Below are positions 1 through 9,024 of a stretch of 64,000 nucleotides of DNA, piece after piece. The notes beneath the pieces were generated by a model. That model ran no database searches. It saw only the letters and a program-made list of their open reading frames with translations, and was not told the origin of the DNA. Position 1 is the first letter of the stretch. Every line of letters starts with the position of its first letter. Location: NCBI GenBank assembly GCA_945861645.1, contig CAMAVZ010000007.1, forward strand, positions 8,862-72,861, in the 5' to 3' direction. This DNA comes from Opitutus sp. GAS368. Its GTDB lineage: Bacteria; Verrucomicrobiota; Verrucomicrobiia; Opitutales; Opitutaceae. Both the position numbers and the translations under genes were made by a program.

Positions 1-537
1 CTGAAACGGCAACTGGGGGTGTTGAATCGTGCCAGTTTTGGCCAGCACCGTCTGGGGAATCGCGACGACATCATTATACGCTGGATTCGTCAGATCGAGC
101 AGAGCCAATTCATACTGCCGATAGCTTTCTGAGTAATGTTTCGTCTGACCTTCATCGATGCGCATGAAACTTTCCTCGGCCAGTAAACCCGTTAGCAACT
201 CGCCCACCAGCAGCAGAATCAAACCGGCATGGGTGAGCTGGATTCCTGATTTCCGCCACTCAAGCTTGAAGCGATAAATATGGGCCGCGAGTAGATTGAT
301 CAGGAGCAGACCACCGATCAGGTAACCACCCGGAAAGGCGGGGACCGTAATACCAGTGCGCGGAATTTCCTGCATTACAAAAAACGAATGGAAATATTTT
401 TGCTGCACCCCCCAAACGCCTAGATCCACCTGGGCTAGCGTCGCGGCGAAGACCAAGATGATCGATATCACCAGCAGGACAACGGTCAGACGGATGGAAA
501 CAAAGAAATCGCGCAGCAGACGAACGAAGTCGGGCAT
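1..537 (-). CDS. ResB/CcsB-like cytochrome c biogenesis protein (System II); N-terminal part only, runs off the window
   Basis: Not in the ORF track. Manual translation from ATG at 537 gives MPDFVRLLRDFFVSIRLTVVLLVISIILVFAATLAQ...LLLINLLAAH...GIQLTHAGLILLLVGELLTG..., open to base 1. It has three TM segments with the conserved His in TM3 typical of ResB/Ccs1. Confidence 0.8.
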   Translation of the reverse strand, partial: MPDFVRLLRDFFVSIRLTVVLLVISIILVFAATLAQVDLGVWGVQQKYFHSFFVMQEIPRTGITVPAFPGGYLIGGLLLINLLAAHIYRFKLEWRKSGIQLTHAGLILLLVGELLTGLLAEESFMRIDEGQTKHYSESYRQYELALLDLTNPAYNDVVAIPQTVLAKTGTIQHPQLPFQ

Positions 538-540
538 GGC

Positions 541-1203
541 TTAGCGGGGCTTGATGGTGGAGAGGAATTCGCGAAAGGCTGTTTGTTCGCGGGTGACTAA
601 GGCGGCGGGACCAATGAGTTTGAAAAACCACGTTTGGCCCTCATGGGGCACGATGGCTCCCAGCAAGGTGGTGGAAACTCCACTGGCTTGTCCGGTGGCT
701 TCGGCGATCGTTATCTTTAGACCATTCGCCTCAATATTTTGGACGGAAGCTTCGATTTGGGTGGCCTCAATCGGCCCTAGCCCTACTTGGCCACGCCAGC
801 GGTTGACGTTAGCAAAAAGTCCTCCGGTGTCGCCGGGGAAGGCCGTGATGGCTAAATCGCCGACCGCTCCGGCCTCACCAGCGATAGCGTAGCTCCCCTT
901 ACGCATTGAGCCGAGGCTTTTAGCCGTCCAATGAGCCGGGGCCGTCCAAAGCAAAGCCATCCCTTCAGCGGTTGGCACGTTCCCCGTCATCGCGCCCGGC
1001 GCGCTGGCTGGGGCTGCTTCGCCCCCAATGGCAGGATGCCCATCGGGAAGGGTGGCGCCGGGTCCCATCTGGGCGGGAGCCGCCGCGGCCATGACTGGCG
1101 CGGGGTCTTTTGGGGCCCGGTAGGCCGTGATTTTCTGATCCCGACATCCCGTGAAAGGAAGCGCAGCAAGGACCAGCGAAAGGGATACGAGGTGAAGCTT
1201 CAT
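541..1203 (-). CDS. Hypothetical lipoprotein with an LPxGHP motif
   Basis: Likely start MKLHLVSLSLVLAALPFTGC (lipobox). Ala/Pro linker containing LPDGHPAIG, then a globular domain with NVNRWRGQVGL and WFFKLIGP. Ends 3 bp upstream of the resB-like gene. Confidence 0.75.
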   Translation of the reverse strand: MKLHLVSLSLVLAALPFTGCRDQKITAYRAPKDPAPVMAAAAPAQMGPGATLPDGHPAIGGEAAPASAPGAMTGNVPTAEGMALLWTAPAHWTAKSLGSMRKGSYAIAGEAGAVGDLAITAFPGDTGGLFANVNRWRGQVGLGPIEATQIEASVQNIEANGLKITIAEATGQASGVSTTLLGAIVPHEGQTWFFKLIGPAALVTREQTAFREFLSTIKPR

Positions 1204-1345
1204 GTTATTAGATACGGTTGAATGCACAGAGCGACAAAGTGCAACTCGAACTGGATAATCCACCAAGGCCAAGCCAGCAAATGACAAAATATGCGTAGTC
1301 GGGTTTTTTTCGTGCCAAATCATGACGTTGGATTATTTAACGGGT

Positions 1346-2050
1346 ATGCAAATTACCCCGCTCGGCGATCAGGCCTTGCTGGTCGAATTGGGTCAGACCA
1401 TTGACGAATCGACACACCAAAAAGTGCAGTCGGCTTGGCGATCGCTGGCCGCTGAGCCGCTGCCTGGGGTGACGGAGTTGGTGCCGGCCTACACTACGGT
1501 TACGGCTTACTATGATCCGGTCCAAGCAGTGCAAGCGGGCGCGCCAGTCGACAAAATTGTGGATTGGCTGAGCGATCGATTACGGGAGCGACTGAAAAAT
1601 CCACCGAAGACCGCGAAAACCAAAGGCCGTACGGTCGAAATTCCGGTCTGTTATGAAGGCGAGTTTGCGCCTGATCTTGGGGTTGTCGCTAAACAGGCTA
1701 AACTTACTCCCGCGGAAGTTATCACACTGCACACCAAGACGGAGTACCTGGTATACTTGGTCGGCTTCGCGCCCGGTTTTCCGTATCTCGGTGGATTGCC
1801 AAAAATATTGGCGACCCCACGTCATGCTAAGCCGCGGATGGTGGTGCCGGCCGGTTCGGTGGGGATTGGCGGTCAGCAAACGGGCATATATCCCTGCGCG
1901 ACGCCTGGTGGTTGGAATTTAATTGGGCGCACTCCCCTGGCTTTATTTCGTCCGGCATTGCATCCGCCCACGTTGCTTAGGGCTGGCGATCGGGTGAAGT
2001 TTCGCGCTATCACGCACGAAGAATTTTTGCGTCAGGAGGCCGGCGCATGA
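1346..2050 (+). CDS. pxpB: 5-oxoprolinase subunit B (KipI/AHS1 family)
   Basis: MQITPLGDQALLVE, VPAYTT, GFAPGFPYL, GSVGIGG.QTGIYP..TPGGWNLIGRT motifs. Confidence 0.92.
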   Translation: MQITPLGDQALLVELGQTIDESTHQKVQSAWRSLAAEPLPGVTELVPAYTTVTAYYDPVQAVQAGAPVDKIVDWLSDRLRERLKNPPKTAKTKGRTVEIPVCYEGEFAPDLGVVAKQAKLTPAEVITLHTKTEYLVYLVGFAPGFPYLGGLPKILATPRHAKPRMVVPAGSVGIGGQQTGIYPCATPGGWNLIGRTPLALFRPALHPPTLLRAGDRVKFRAITHEEFLRQEAGA

Positions 2051-3036
2051 TTACCGTGCAACAACCGGGCTTGTTGACGACCGTGCAAGATTTGGGCCGG
2101 CTCGGTTATCAGCAATATGGCGTGGTCGTCGGCGGCGCCTCGGATGCTTTGGCCGCACGCACAGCCAATTTGCTTGTTGGCAATGAGGAAAATGCGGCGG
2201 TCTTAGAGATGGCGCAGACTGGCCCAGCGTTGTGTTTTGCGCAGAGCACATTGGTCGCGTGGTGTGGGGCTGATTTTGAGGCGCAGATTAATGACGAACC
2301 TTGTCCGCGCGATCGTCCCGTGCGGGTAGCCGCAGGCGACATTCTCCGCTTTGGGTTGGCGCGCCGTGGACTCAGGGCTTGGCTGGCAATCGCTGGCGGT
2401 ATCGATGTGCCGTTGGTTTTGGGCAGTCGCAGCACTTATCGACGGGCAGGGCTGGGTGGCTTGGCGGGACGAGCCTTGCAAGGCGCAGACCAATTCTCCT
2501 GCGGACACCCCTCCGAGTGGTCCCAGCAGGTTTTAGAAAAATTACTCGCCAGCAACCAACGGGCAACGGCGTGGAGCGTCAGGCCCGATACCATCGGCCG
2601 CCCCGCACGAGTTGGCGTGGCTCGAGCCATGCGGGGACCCGAGTGGGATTGGTTTACAGAACCAGCGCAGCAGGCGTTTTTTCAAGCAACGTGGGTGGCA
2701 ACCAAAGAAGCGGATCGGATGGGCGTGCGGCTCAAGGGACCTGATTTGGCCCTCGCGCAACCGCGCGAAATGATTTCTTCCGCGGTCAATGCGGGGATAG
2801 TTCAGGTACCACCAGCAGGCCAACCCATTGTCTTGCTGCCGAGTCGGCAATCCGTTGGTGGTTATCCGCGCTTGGCGGCCGTCGCCGCGGTGGATCTGCG
2901 CCATTTCACACAACTTCGCCCCGGTGATTCCATCCGCTTTGAGGAAATTTCTGTCGTGGGCGCGCAGGATTTACTCCTGACGCAAGCCCGTGACCTCACG
3001 CGCATCCGCCTAGGCCTCAGTCGATTGCTGGCTTAA
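2047..3036 (+). CDS. pxpC: 5-oxoprolinase subunit C (KipA/AHS2 family)
   Basis: PGLLTTVQDLGR.G, ANLLVGN, DRMGVRL, GGYPR motifs; ATGA overlap with pxpB. Confidence 0.92.
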   Translation: MITVQQPGLLTTVQDLGRLGYQQYGVVVGGASDALAARTANLLVGNEENAAVLEMAQTGPALCFAQSTLVAWCGADFEAQINDEPCPRDRPVRVAAGDILRFGLARRGLRAWLAIAGGIDVPLVLGSRSTYRRAGLGGLAGRALQGADQFSCGHPSEWSQQVLEKLLASNQRATAWSVRPDTIGRPARVGVARAMRGPEWDWFTEPAQQAFFQATWVATKEADRMGVRLKGPDLALAQPREMISSAVNAGIVQVPPAGQPIVLLPSRQSVGGYPRLAAVAAVDLRHFTQLRPGDSIRFEEISVVGAQDLLLTQARDLTRIRLGLSRLLA

Positions 3037-3042
3037 TTCAAC

Positions 3043-3792
3043 ATGCGGCTCATTGATCTAAATTGTGATCTCGGGGAAGGCGCGGGTCAGGATGTCGTGC
3101 TGATGCCGCTGATTACTTCGGCAAATATTGCATGCGGGGCTCACGCTGGTGACGAAGCGACGATGCGCGCCACCATCGCGCTGGCTCAAAAACAGGGCGT
3201 CGCCATCGGGGCCCACCCAGGATTTGCCGATCAGGTTAATTTTGGCCGACGCGAAATAGCGCTGAGTTTAAATGAAATTCATTCGTTGGTACTGACGCAG
3301 ACGCAGTTGCTCCAAACGCTAGCCGCACAAAGTGGAGGCACGGTCCGGCACGTAAAACCACATGGCGCTCTCTATAATTTAGCGGCGCGTGATGGCGCCG
3401 TCGCGCAGGCGGTGGCAGCCGCGGTCTGGGCGGCGGATCCTCGTTTGATTTTAGTGGGGCTGGCGCGAAGTCAATTGATCGCGGCCGGGCAAGCCGCGGG
3501 GTTGCGCGTTGCTCAAGAAGTTTTCGCCGATCGCACTTATCAAGCCGATGGCACGCTCACCCCGCGAAACGCGCTCGGCGCTTTGCACGAAGTCACTCGT
3601 GCGGCGGTAGCGCAGGTGAAGCAGATGGTGAACGATGGGACTGTCACGGCCGTGGACGGAACCATGGTGCCGATCACCGCTGACACCATTTGCCTGCACG
3701 GCGATGGACCGCATGCGGTGGAATTTGCGTTGCAGCTCCGCGCTGCTCTGCACGAGATCCCGATTAAGCTGCAAGCGCTCCTCCATGATTAA
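3043..3792 (+). CDS. pxpA: 5-oxoprolinase subunit A (LamB/YcsF family)
   Basis: IDLNCDLGEG, SANIACGAHAGD, GAHPG, HVKPHGALYN, EVFADR, TICLHGD motifs. Confidence 0.95.
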   Translation: MRLIDLNCDLGEGAGQDVVLMPLITSANIACGAHAGDEATMRATIALAQKQGVAIGAHPGFADQVNFGRREIALSLNEIHSLVLTQTQLLQTLAAQSGGTVRHVKPHGALYNLAARDGAVAQAVAAAVWAADPRLILVGLARSQLIAAGQAAGLRVAQEVFADRTYQADGTLTPRNALGALHEVTRAAVAQVKQMVNDGTVTAVDGTMVPITADTICLHGDGPHAVEFALQLRAALHEIPIKLQALLHD

Positions 3793-4477
3793 ATTAATTG
3801 GAATTTTAGTTGTCGCCGTTGGTTTCGCTTTGCGCGGCAACACGCTGCTGGTGGTGTTGGCGGCGGGGATTAGCACGGGCTTGGCTGCCGGCATGTCTTT
3901 TAACGAGATCATGACCTGGTTTGGAAAATATTTTGTGGAAAATCGCTATGTGACGCTGACGGTTTTGCTCATGTTGCCCGTGGTGGGGTTGCTGGAACGC
4001 TACGGCCTGCGCGAACGCGCGGAGACGCTGATCCAGCGGGCGAAAGCGGCGACAGCTGGCCGCGTATTATTATTTTACACCGCGGTGCGGCAAGTGTCAG
4101 TCGCACTCGGGGTTAATATTGGCGGACACGCCGCGATGGTCCGTCCTTTAGTGGCCCCGATGGCGGAAGGCGCGGCGCAGGCGCGGCACGGCATTTTATC
4201 GGAAAAAACCACGGAGGCGATACGCGCGCACGCGGCGGCCGCGGAAAATACCGGAAATTTTTTTGGCGAGGATACTGTCTTTGCCGTGGGGGCAGTTTAT
4301 TTGATGAAAGGTGTGCTTGAGACGCAAGGATACCCCGTGAGTGTCTGGGTACTTTCATTTTGGGGCATTCCCACCGCGCTGGTGGCATTCGGGTTAATGA
4401 TATGGCGCACGCGTGTGCTTGATCAGCGGATTGCCCGGGAAAGTAAGCCGCCCTCAACCACGGAGGCGGAGCGATGA
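3785..4477 (+). CDS. DUF969 family membrane protein (putative 5-oxoproline transporter subunit)
   Basis: Start MIKLIGILVVAVGFALR; LPVVGLLERYGLRE, GGHAAMVRPLVAPMAEGAA, NFFGED motifs; pxp/pcp context. Confidence 0.85.
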   Translation: MIKLIGILVVAVGFALRGNTLLVVLAAGISTGLAAGMSFNEIMTWFGKYFVENRYVTLTVLLMLPVVGLLERYGLRERAETLIQRAKAATAGRVLLFYTAVRQVSVALGVNIGGHAAMVRPLVAPMAEGAAQARHGILSEKTTEAIRAHAAAAENTGNFFGEDTVFAVGAVYLMKGVLETQGYPVSVWVLSFWGIPTALVAFGLMIWRTRVLDQRIARESKPPSTTEAER

Positions 4478-5436
4478 AATTGTTGAACCTCGAGTTATTT
4501 TACATCATCGCCGGGGGATTTTTGCTGCTGGTGGCGGGGCGCATCGCGTTTGAACCGACGGCAGGGAAACGCGTGGGCTCAGCCTTGTTTTGGGGTTTGC
4601 TGGCGGTAATTTATTTGGCGGGTAAAGAGCTGCCGCCAGTGGTGGTTGGTTATATGATTTTACTCATGGTGATTTTAGCTGCGACCAAACAACTCACGGG
4701 AGCGCGGCGCTGGGCGGTGACGGCAGAGATGCGTGGGGCTGCGGCGGCGAAGTTACAGAATTGGATTTTCTTGCCGGCGTTATTGATTCCGGCCACGGCG
4801 GTGGTCGGCACGTTATTTTTGAGCGAGCTCCATGTGGGAGCTTGGTGGTTATTGGACTCGGCGAATCTTACCGTGACATCCGTGTGCTTGGGCGCGGTCG
4901 TGGCGGTCGTGGTGGGGTTGCGCTTGACGCGAGCTCCGTTGATCACGCCAGTAGTCGAGGGAAGTCGCTTAGTTCAAGCCGTGGGCTGGGCGATTATCTT
5001 GCCGCAGTTATTGGCCGCTCTCGGTGGCGTATTTTCGCAAGCCGGGGTTGGTCCCGTAGTGGCTGAATTGGCGGCGCGGGCGCTGCCGACCCAGTATCCG
5101 CTCGGCGCGGTGGTGGCTTATTGCGGCGGCATGGCGCTGTTCACCATCTGCATGGGCAATGCCTTTGCGGCATTTCCCGTGATCACGCTGGGTATTGGCC
5201 TGCCGTTTATTGTGCAGCTGCATCACGGCAATCCCGCGATTATGGCGGCGGTTGGGATGTTGTCGGGTTATTGTGGCACGCTTCTCACACCTATGGCGGC
5301 TAATTTTAATCTCGTGCCGGCGATGCTGCTCGAACTGAAAGACAAAAATGCCGTGATCAAAGCGCAAGTTCCCCTCGCGCTCGGAATATTGGCGGCAAAT
5401 ATGATCATTATGTATTTTTGTGTTTACCGTTTCTGA
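4474..5436 (+). CDS. DUF979 family membrane protein (putative 5-oxoproline transporter subunit)
   Basis: ILPQLLAALG, MGNAFAAFPVIT, GYCGTLLTPMAANFN motifs; ATGA overlap with the DUF969 gene. Confidence 0.85.
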   Translation: MKLLNLELFYIIAGGFLLLVAGRIAFEPTAGKRVGSALFWGLLAVIYLAGKELPPVVVGYMILLMVILAATKQLTGARRWAVTAEMRGAAAAKLQNWIFLPALLIPATAVVGTLFLSELHVGAWWLLDSANLTVTSVCLGAVVAVVVGLRLTRAPLITPVVEGSRLVQAVGWAIILPQLLAALGGVFSQAGVGPVVAELAARALPTQYPLGAVVAYCGGMALFTICMGNAFAAFPVITLGIGLPFIVQLHHGNPAIMAAVGMLSGYCGTLLTPMAANFNLVPAMLLELKDKNAVIKAQVPLALGILAANMIIMYFCVYRF

Positions 5437-5494
5437 TTTTTTACGGACCCCACATTTCTCTTATCTACCTCGCGCTCCGTAACCTGCTCTCAGC

Positions 5495-6133
5495 ATGAAA
5501 ACTATTTTACTAACCGGCTTTGAACCCTTCGGTGGCGAAACCCTTAATCCGTCGGCGGAAATTGCCCGTAAACTCCATGGTACGATGATTGCGGGGCATG
5601 TTGTGGTGGGTGCGCTTCTCCCGTGCGTTTTTGGCGCGGCGCGGACGGAACTTAAAAAACAAATTCGGACGACTCGCCCCGCGTTAATTATTTGTCTGGG
5701 CCAAGCGGGTGGGCGCGCCGACATCACGCCCGAGCGCGTGGCGCTCAATCTTGATGATGCACGGATTCCGGATAACGCGGGGCAGCAGCCGGTCGATGCG
5801 GTGATCACCCGCTCGGGCCCCATCGCTTATTGGTCCACGCTGCCAATTAAGGCTATGGTGCAAGCGCTGCAGCAACGCGGCCTGCCGTCGAGTGTGTCGC
5901 AAACCGCAGGAACCTTCGTCTGTAATCATGTTTTTTACAGCCTGATGCACGAACTTCGTGGGCAGAAAAAAATCCGCGGTGGCTTTATTCATGTGCCGTG
6001 GCTGCCGGAACAAGCGCCTGCGGGTCAGCCGAGCCTAACCTTGGCGGTGCTGACCTCCGCCCTCGCGGTGGCTCTGGAGACCGCGGTCAAAGTTCGCCGC
6101 GATGTGCGTCTGCCGGGCGGGGCGACGCATTAA
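5495..6133 (+). CDS. pcp: Pyroglutamyl-peptidase I
   Basis: LLTGFEPFGG, ERVALN, AGTFVCN (catalytic Cys), GFIHVP. Confidence 0.95.
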   Translation: MKTILLTGFEPFGGETLNPSAEIARKLHGTMIAGHVVVGALLPCVFGAARTELKKQIRTTRPALIICLGQAGGRADITPERVALNLDDARIPDNAGQQPVDAVITRSGPIAYWSTLPIKAMVQALQQRGLPSSVSQTAGTFVCNHVFYSLMHELRGQKKIRGGFIHVPWLPEQAPAGQPSLTLAVLTSALAVALETAVKVRRDVRLPGGATH

Positions 6134-6191
6134 GTCTACTCAGCTAGCTGGCATGAGCAGTGGGAGATATTGCCACCCAGCCGAGTGGTCC

Positions 6192-7295
6192 TTAATTATT
6201 AAAGCGGAAGAGCGCGACGTCGCCGTCTTTGAAGACGTATTCCTTGCCCTCGAGGCGATATTTACCGGCTTCGCGGGCGGCCGCCACGCTGCCCAGGCGC
6301 GTGAGGTCTTCATAGCTGACGATTTCTGCTTTGATAAAACCTTTCTCGAAATCCGTGTGAATGACGCCGGCGGCCTGCGGTGCCTTCCAGCCCTGCTTGA
6401 TCGTCCAGCAGCGCACTTCTTTTTCGCCGGCAGTGAAGTAGGTCATTAATCCAAGCAGGCCATAGGTGCCCTTGATCAGCGCCGATACTCCAGAATCATC
6501 GACCCCAAGGTCCTTGAGAAAAGCTTTAGCTTCTTCAGGGGCCAAATCAATGAGTTCGGCTTCGATGCGCGCACTGATCGGCACGTAAGCGGCGTCGTGG
6601 TGGGTCCGCACATATTCGGCCACTTTTTGCACGAAGGGATTTTGCTCGGCGGTCGCGAGATCCGACTCGGCAACGTTGCAGGCGAAGAGCACGGGCTTGG
6701 CGGTGAGCAGTTGAAAGAGTTTCATCAACGCCACCTCTTCGGGCGTGGCCACAAGGGTATTGGCCGTCTTGCCAGAGTTCAGGTGAGGCGTAAGTTTTTC
6801 GAGGAGGGCTAGTTCAATGATCGCTTCCTTATCACCGGACTTCGCATTTTTTTGAGTTTTGGTAATGCGCTTAGCGACGGCCTCGAGATCGGAGAGGACG
6901 AGTTCCGTCGTGATGACCTCGATATCGCGCACCGGATCAACGCTGCCCATGGTGTGAATGATATCGGGATCCTCAAAGCAGCGGACGACTTGGAGAATGG
7001 CATCGACCTCGCGGATGGTGGCGAGGAATTGATTGCCGAGCCCTTCGCCCTTGCTGGCGCCGGCAACGAGGCCGGCGATGTCCACGAATTCGATCGCCGC
7101 TGGTACCACGACATTAGTCTTGGCGATGGTCTTGAGCACATAAGCGCGCGCATCGGGCACGATCACGACGCCCACATTGGGATCGATCGTGCAGAACGGG
7201 TAGTTGGCGGCCTCCGCCTTACGGGAACGGGTGAGGGCGTTGAAGAGAGTGGATTTACCCACATTAGGGAGTCCGACGATGCCTGCTTTTAGCAT
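6192..7295 (-). CDS. ychF: Redox-regulated ATPase YchF
   Basis: GIVGLPNVGKSTLFN, NYPFCTIDPN, DIAGLV, AAGVIHTDFEKGFIKAE. Confidence 0.97.
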   Translation of the reverse strand: MLKAGIVGLPNVGKSTLFNALTRSRKAEAANYPFCTIDPNVGVVIVPDARAYVLKTIAKTNVVVPAAIEFVDIAGLVAGASKGEGLGNQFLATIREVDAILQVVRCFEDPDIIHTMGSVDPVRDIEVITTELVLSDLEAVAKRITKTQKNAKSGDKEAIIELALLEKLTPHLNSGKTANTLVATPEEVALMKLFQLLTAKPVLFACNVAESDLATAEQNPFVQKVAEYVRTHHDAAYVPISARIEAELIDLAPEEAKAFLKDLGVDDSGVSALIKGTYGLLGLMTYFTAGEKEVRCWTIKQGWKAPQAAGVIHTDFEKGFIKAEIVSYEDLTRLGSVAAAREAGKYRLEGKEYVFKDGDVALFRFNN

Positions 7296-7340
7296 AAAAT
7301 AGGTGGGTGTAAGGGTCGAATCAGCGGGGGCACTGGGGGC

Positions 7341-7371
7341 TTGACAAGAGCAAACTTGTGCCGTGCATTCT
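7341..7371 (+). promoter_or_regulatory. Putative sigma70 promoter for rpsP
   Basis: Perfect TTGACA at 7341-7346, but the -10 is weak (CATTCT at 7366-7371) and the spacer is long. Confidence 0.3.
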
Positions 7372-7422
7372 CACCCTTTTCCCAACGACACCTGTACTCT
7401 TTTAAGCAACCAGACACATCAA

Positions 7423-7677
7423 ATGGCACTCAAAATCCGTCTTTCCCGCGTCGGCACCAAGAACGAACCGCACTATCGCGTGGTCGTAGCTGAAGAGCGT
7501 TCCCGTCGCGATGGTGACGCCGTCGAACAGATCGGCTCTTACAATCCTCGCGCCAAGGGTAACCCAATGACGATCAAGCTCGACCGCGTTGATTACTGGG
7601 TTTCGAAGGGCGCTAAGCCCACATCGACCATGCATTCGATGATCAAGCGCGCCCGCCGCGCCGTACCGGCTGCCTAA
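7423..7677 (+). CDS. rpsP: 30S ribosomal protein S16
   Basis: MALKIRLSRVGTKNEPHYRVVVAEERSRRDG...W..KGAKPT. Confidence 0.97.
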   Translation: MALKIRLSRVGTKNEPHYRVVVAEERSRRDGDAVEQIGSYNPRAKGNPMTIKLDRVDYWVSKGAKPTSTMHSMIKRARRAVPAA

Positions 7678-7706
7678 GTCAGCGATTTTATCGTTGGTAA
7701 CCCCTT

Positions 7707-7734
7707 AAGGTTCGGCTCGCGCCGAACCTTTTTT
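7707..7734 (+). terminator. Intrinsic terminator after rpsP
   Basis: AAGGTTCGGC-TCGC-GCCGAACCTT hairpin followed by a T run. Confidence 0.75.
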
Positions 7735-7751
7735 ATTGGATAATCGCTTTT

Positions 7752-8420
7752 ATGCGCATCGACGTACTGACGTTATTTCCACCCATGCTCGACGGATTTT
7801 TATCCGAGAGTATGCTCGGCCGCGCGCAAGAGGCTAAGCTCCTTGAGGTGAAGGTGCACAATCTGCGGGACTGGTCGACCGATAAGCATCACACGACTGA
7901 TGATCGTCCCTTTGGCGGCGGTGCGGGTATGGTTTTAAGGTGCGAACCAGTCTTCGCGGCGATCGAGCAATTGCAGACTCCAGGTTGCCGGCGCATTTAT
8001 TTGACCCCAGATGGCACGCCACTCTCCCCCGCCTTGGCCTTGGAGTTATCCCAGCAGCAGCATTTGGTCATGCTGAGCGGCCATTATGAAGGGATCGATC
8101 AGCGGATTCGGGAAAAAGTCATCGATCAGGAGATCAGTATCGGGGATTATGTACTTACCAACGGCACACTTGCAGCGGCGGTGGTGATCGATGCTTTGGC
8201 CCGTTTTATTCCCGGTGTACTCGGTGAAGAAAAGTCGTTGACGACCGAAAGTTTCACCAGCAAGTTGCTCGACTTTCCTCAATTCACGCGTCCTGCCGTT
8301 TATCGCGACATGTCCGTACCAGAAGTTCTCCTCTCGGGGAATCATGGCGAAATAGAGAAGTGGCGGCACGCGCAGCAATTGAAGAAAACTCAGCAAGTTC
8401 GTCCCGATTTACTCACATAA
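7752..8420 (+). CDS. trmD: tRNA (guanine37-N1)-methyltransferase
   Basis: DDRPFGGGAGMV, GHYEGIDQR, SIGDYVLTNG, VPEVLLSGNH. Confidence 0.97.
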   Translation: MRIDVLTLFPPMLDGFLSESMLGRAQEAKLLEVKVHNLRDWSTDKHHTTDDRPFGGGAGMVLRCEPVFAAIEQLQTPGCRRIYLTPDGTPLSPALALELSQQQHLVMLSGHYEGIDQRIREKVIDQEISIGDYVLTNGTLAAAVVIDALARFIPGVLGEEKSLTTESFTSKLLDFPQFTRPAVYRDMSVPEVLLSGNHGEIEKWRHAQQLKKTQQVRPDLLT

Positions 8421-8426
8421 CCAGCT

Positions 8427-8807
8427 ATGAATCCTATCATCCAAGAAATCACCGCCGCTCAGGTGAAACATAAAGTTGCGCCGTTTAAAGTCGGCGACGG
8501 TGTCCGCGTGCACACCAAAGTCCGCGAGGGAGATAAGGAGCGCGTACAGATTTTCACCGGCGTGGTCATTGCCCACAAAGGCAGCGGTATCCACGAGACC
8601 TTCACGGTCCGCCGCATCAGCTACGGCGAGGGCGTCGAGCGCGTGTTCCCTGTTAACTCACCAAACCTCGAGAAGATCGAGGTCGAGAAAGACTCCAAGC
8701 CCGGCAGGGCTCGGCTTTATTACCTGCGTGATCGCACCGGTAAGGCGGCGATGGCCGTTAAGGAAAAGCGCTATGACCCAACGGCTAAAGCCGCGGCCAA
8801 AGCCTAA
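8427..8807 (+). CDS. rplS: 50S ribosomal protein L19
   Basis: FKVGDGVRV, ETFTVRRISYGEGVERVFP, RARLYYLR. Confidence 0.97.
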   Translation: MNPIIQEITAAQVKHKVAPFKVGDGVRVHTKVREGDKERVQIFTGVVIAHKGSGIHETFTVRRISYGEGVERVFPVNSPNLEKIEVEKDSKPGRARLYYLRDRTGKAAMAVKEKRYDPTAKAAAKA

Positions 8808-8837
8808 GCTAACGTCATTAGTTTATTCTCAGCACCG

Positions 8838-8863
8838 GGCGGGATCATTGATCCCGCCTTTTT
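8838..8863 (+). terminator. Intrinsic terminator after rplS
   Basis: GGCGGGATC-ATT-GATCCCGCC followed by TTTTT. A second hairpin, CAGCCGCCG-TTG-CGGTGGCTG-TTTT, follows at 8896-8920. Confidence 0.8.
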
Positions 8864-9024
8864 GTTGGGTTAATTGGAACCGCTCGCTTGGGCTTCAGCC
8901 GCCGTTGCGGTGGCTGTTTTCGGCATCGGCTGTTCGCCTCGGGTGATTTTTGTGCCAATAATTGAGCTTTGCAGGCTGGGGAATCCCACCGTAATTCAAG
9001 CTCACGCCTGCGTCTATTTAAATT

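Noticed and set aside
260..631. 123-aa minus-strand ORF in the ORF track
   Set aside because: It is out of frame with the resB-like CDS (ATG 537), which has recognisable motifs; treated as a shadow ORF.
6134..6191. Nested short inverted repeats between the convergent pcp and ychF genes
   Set aside because: The stems are short and interrupted, with no U tract; not distinguishable from chance.
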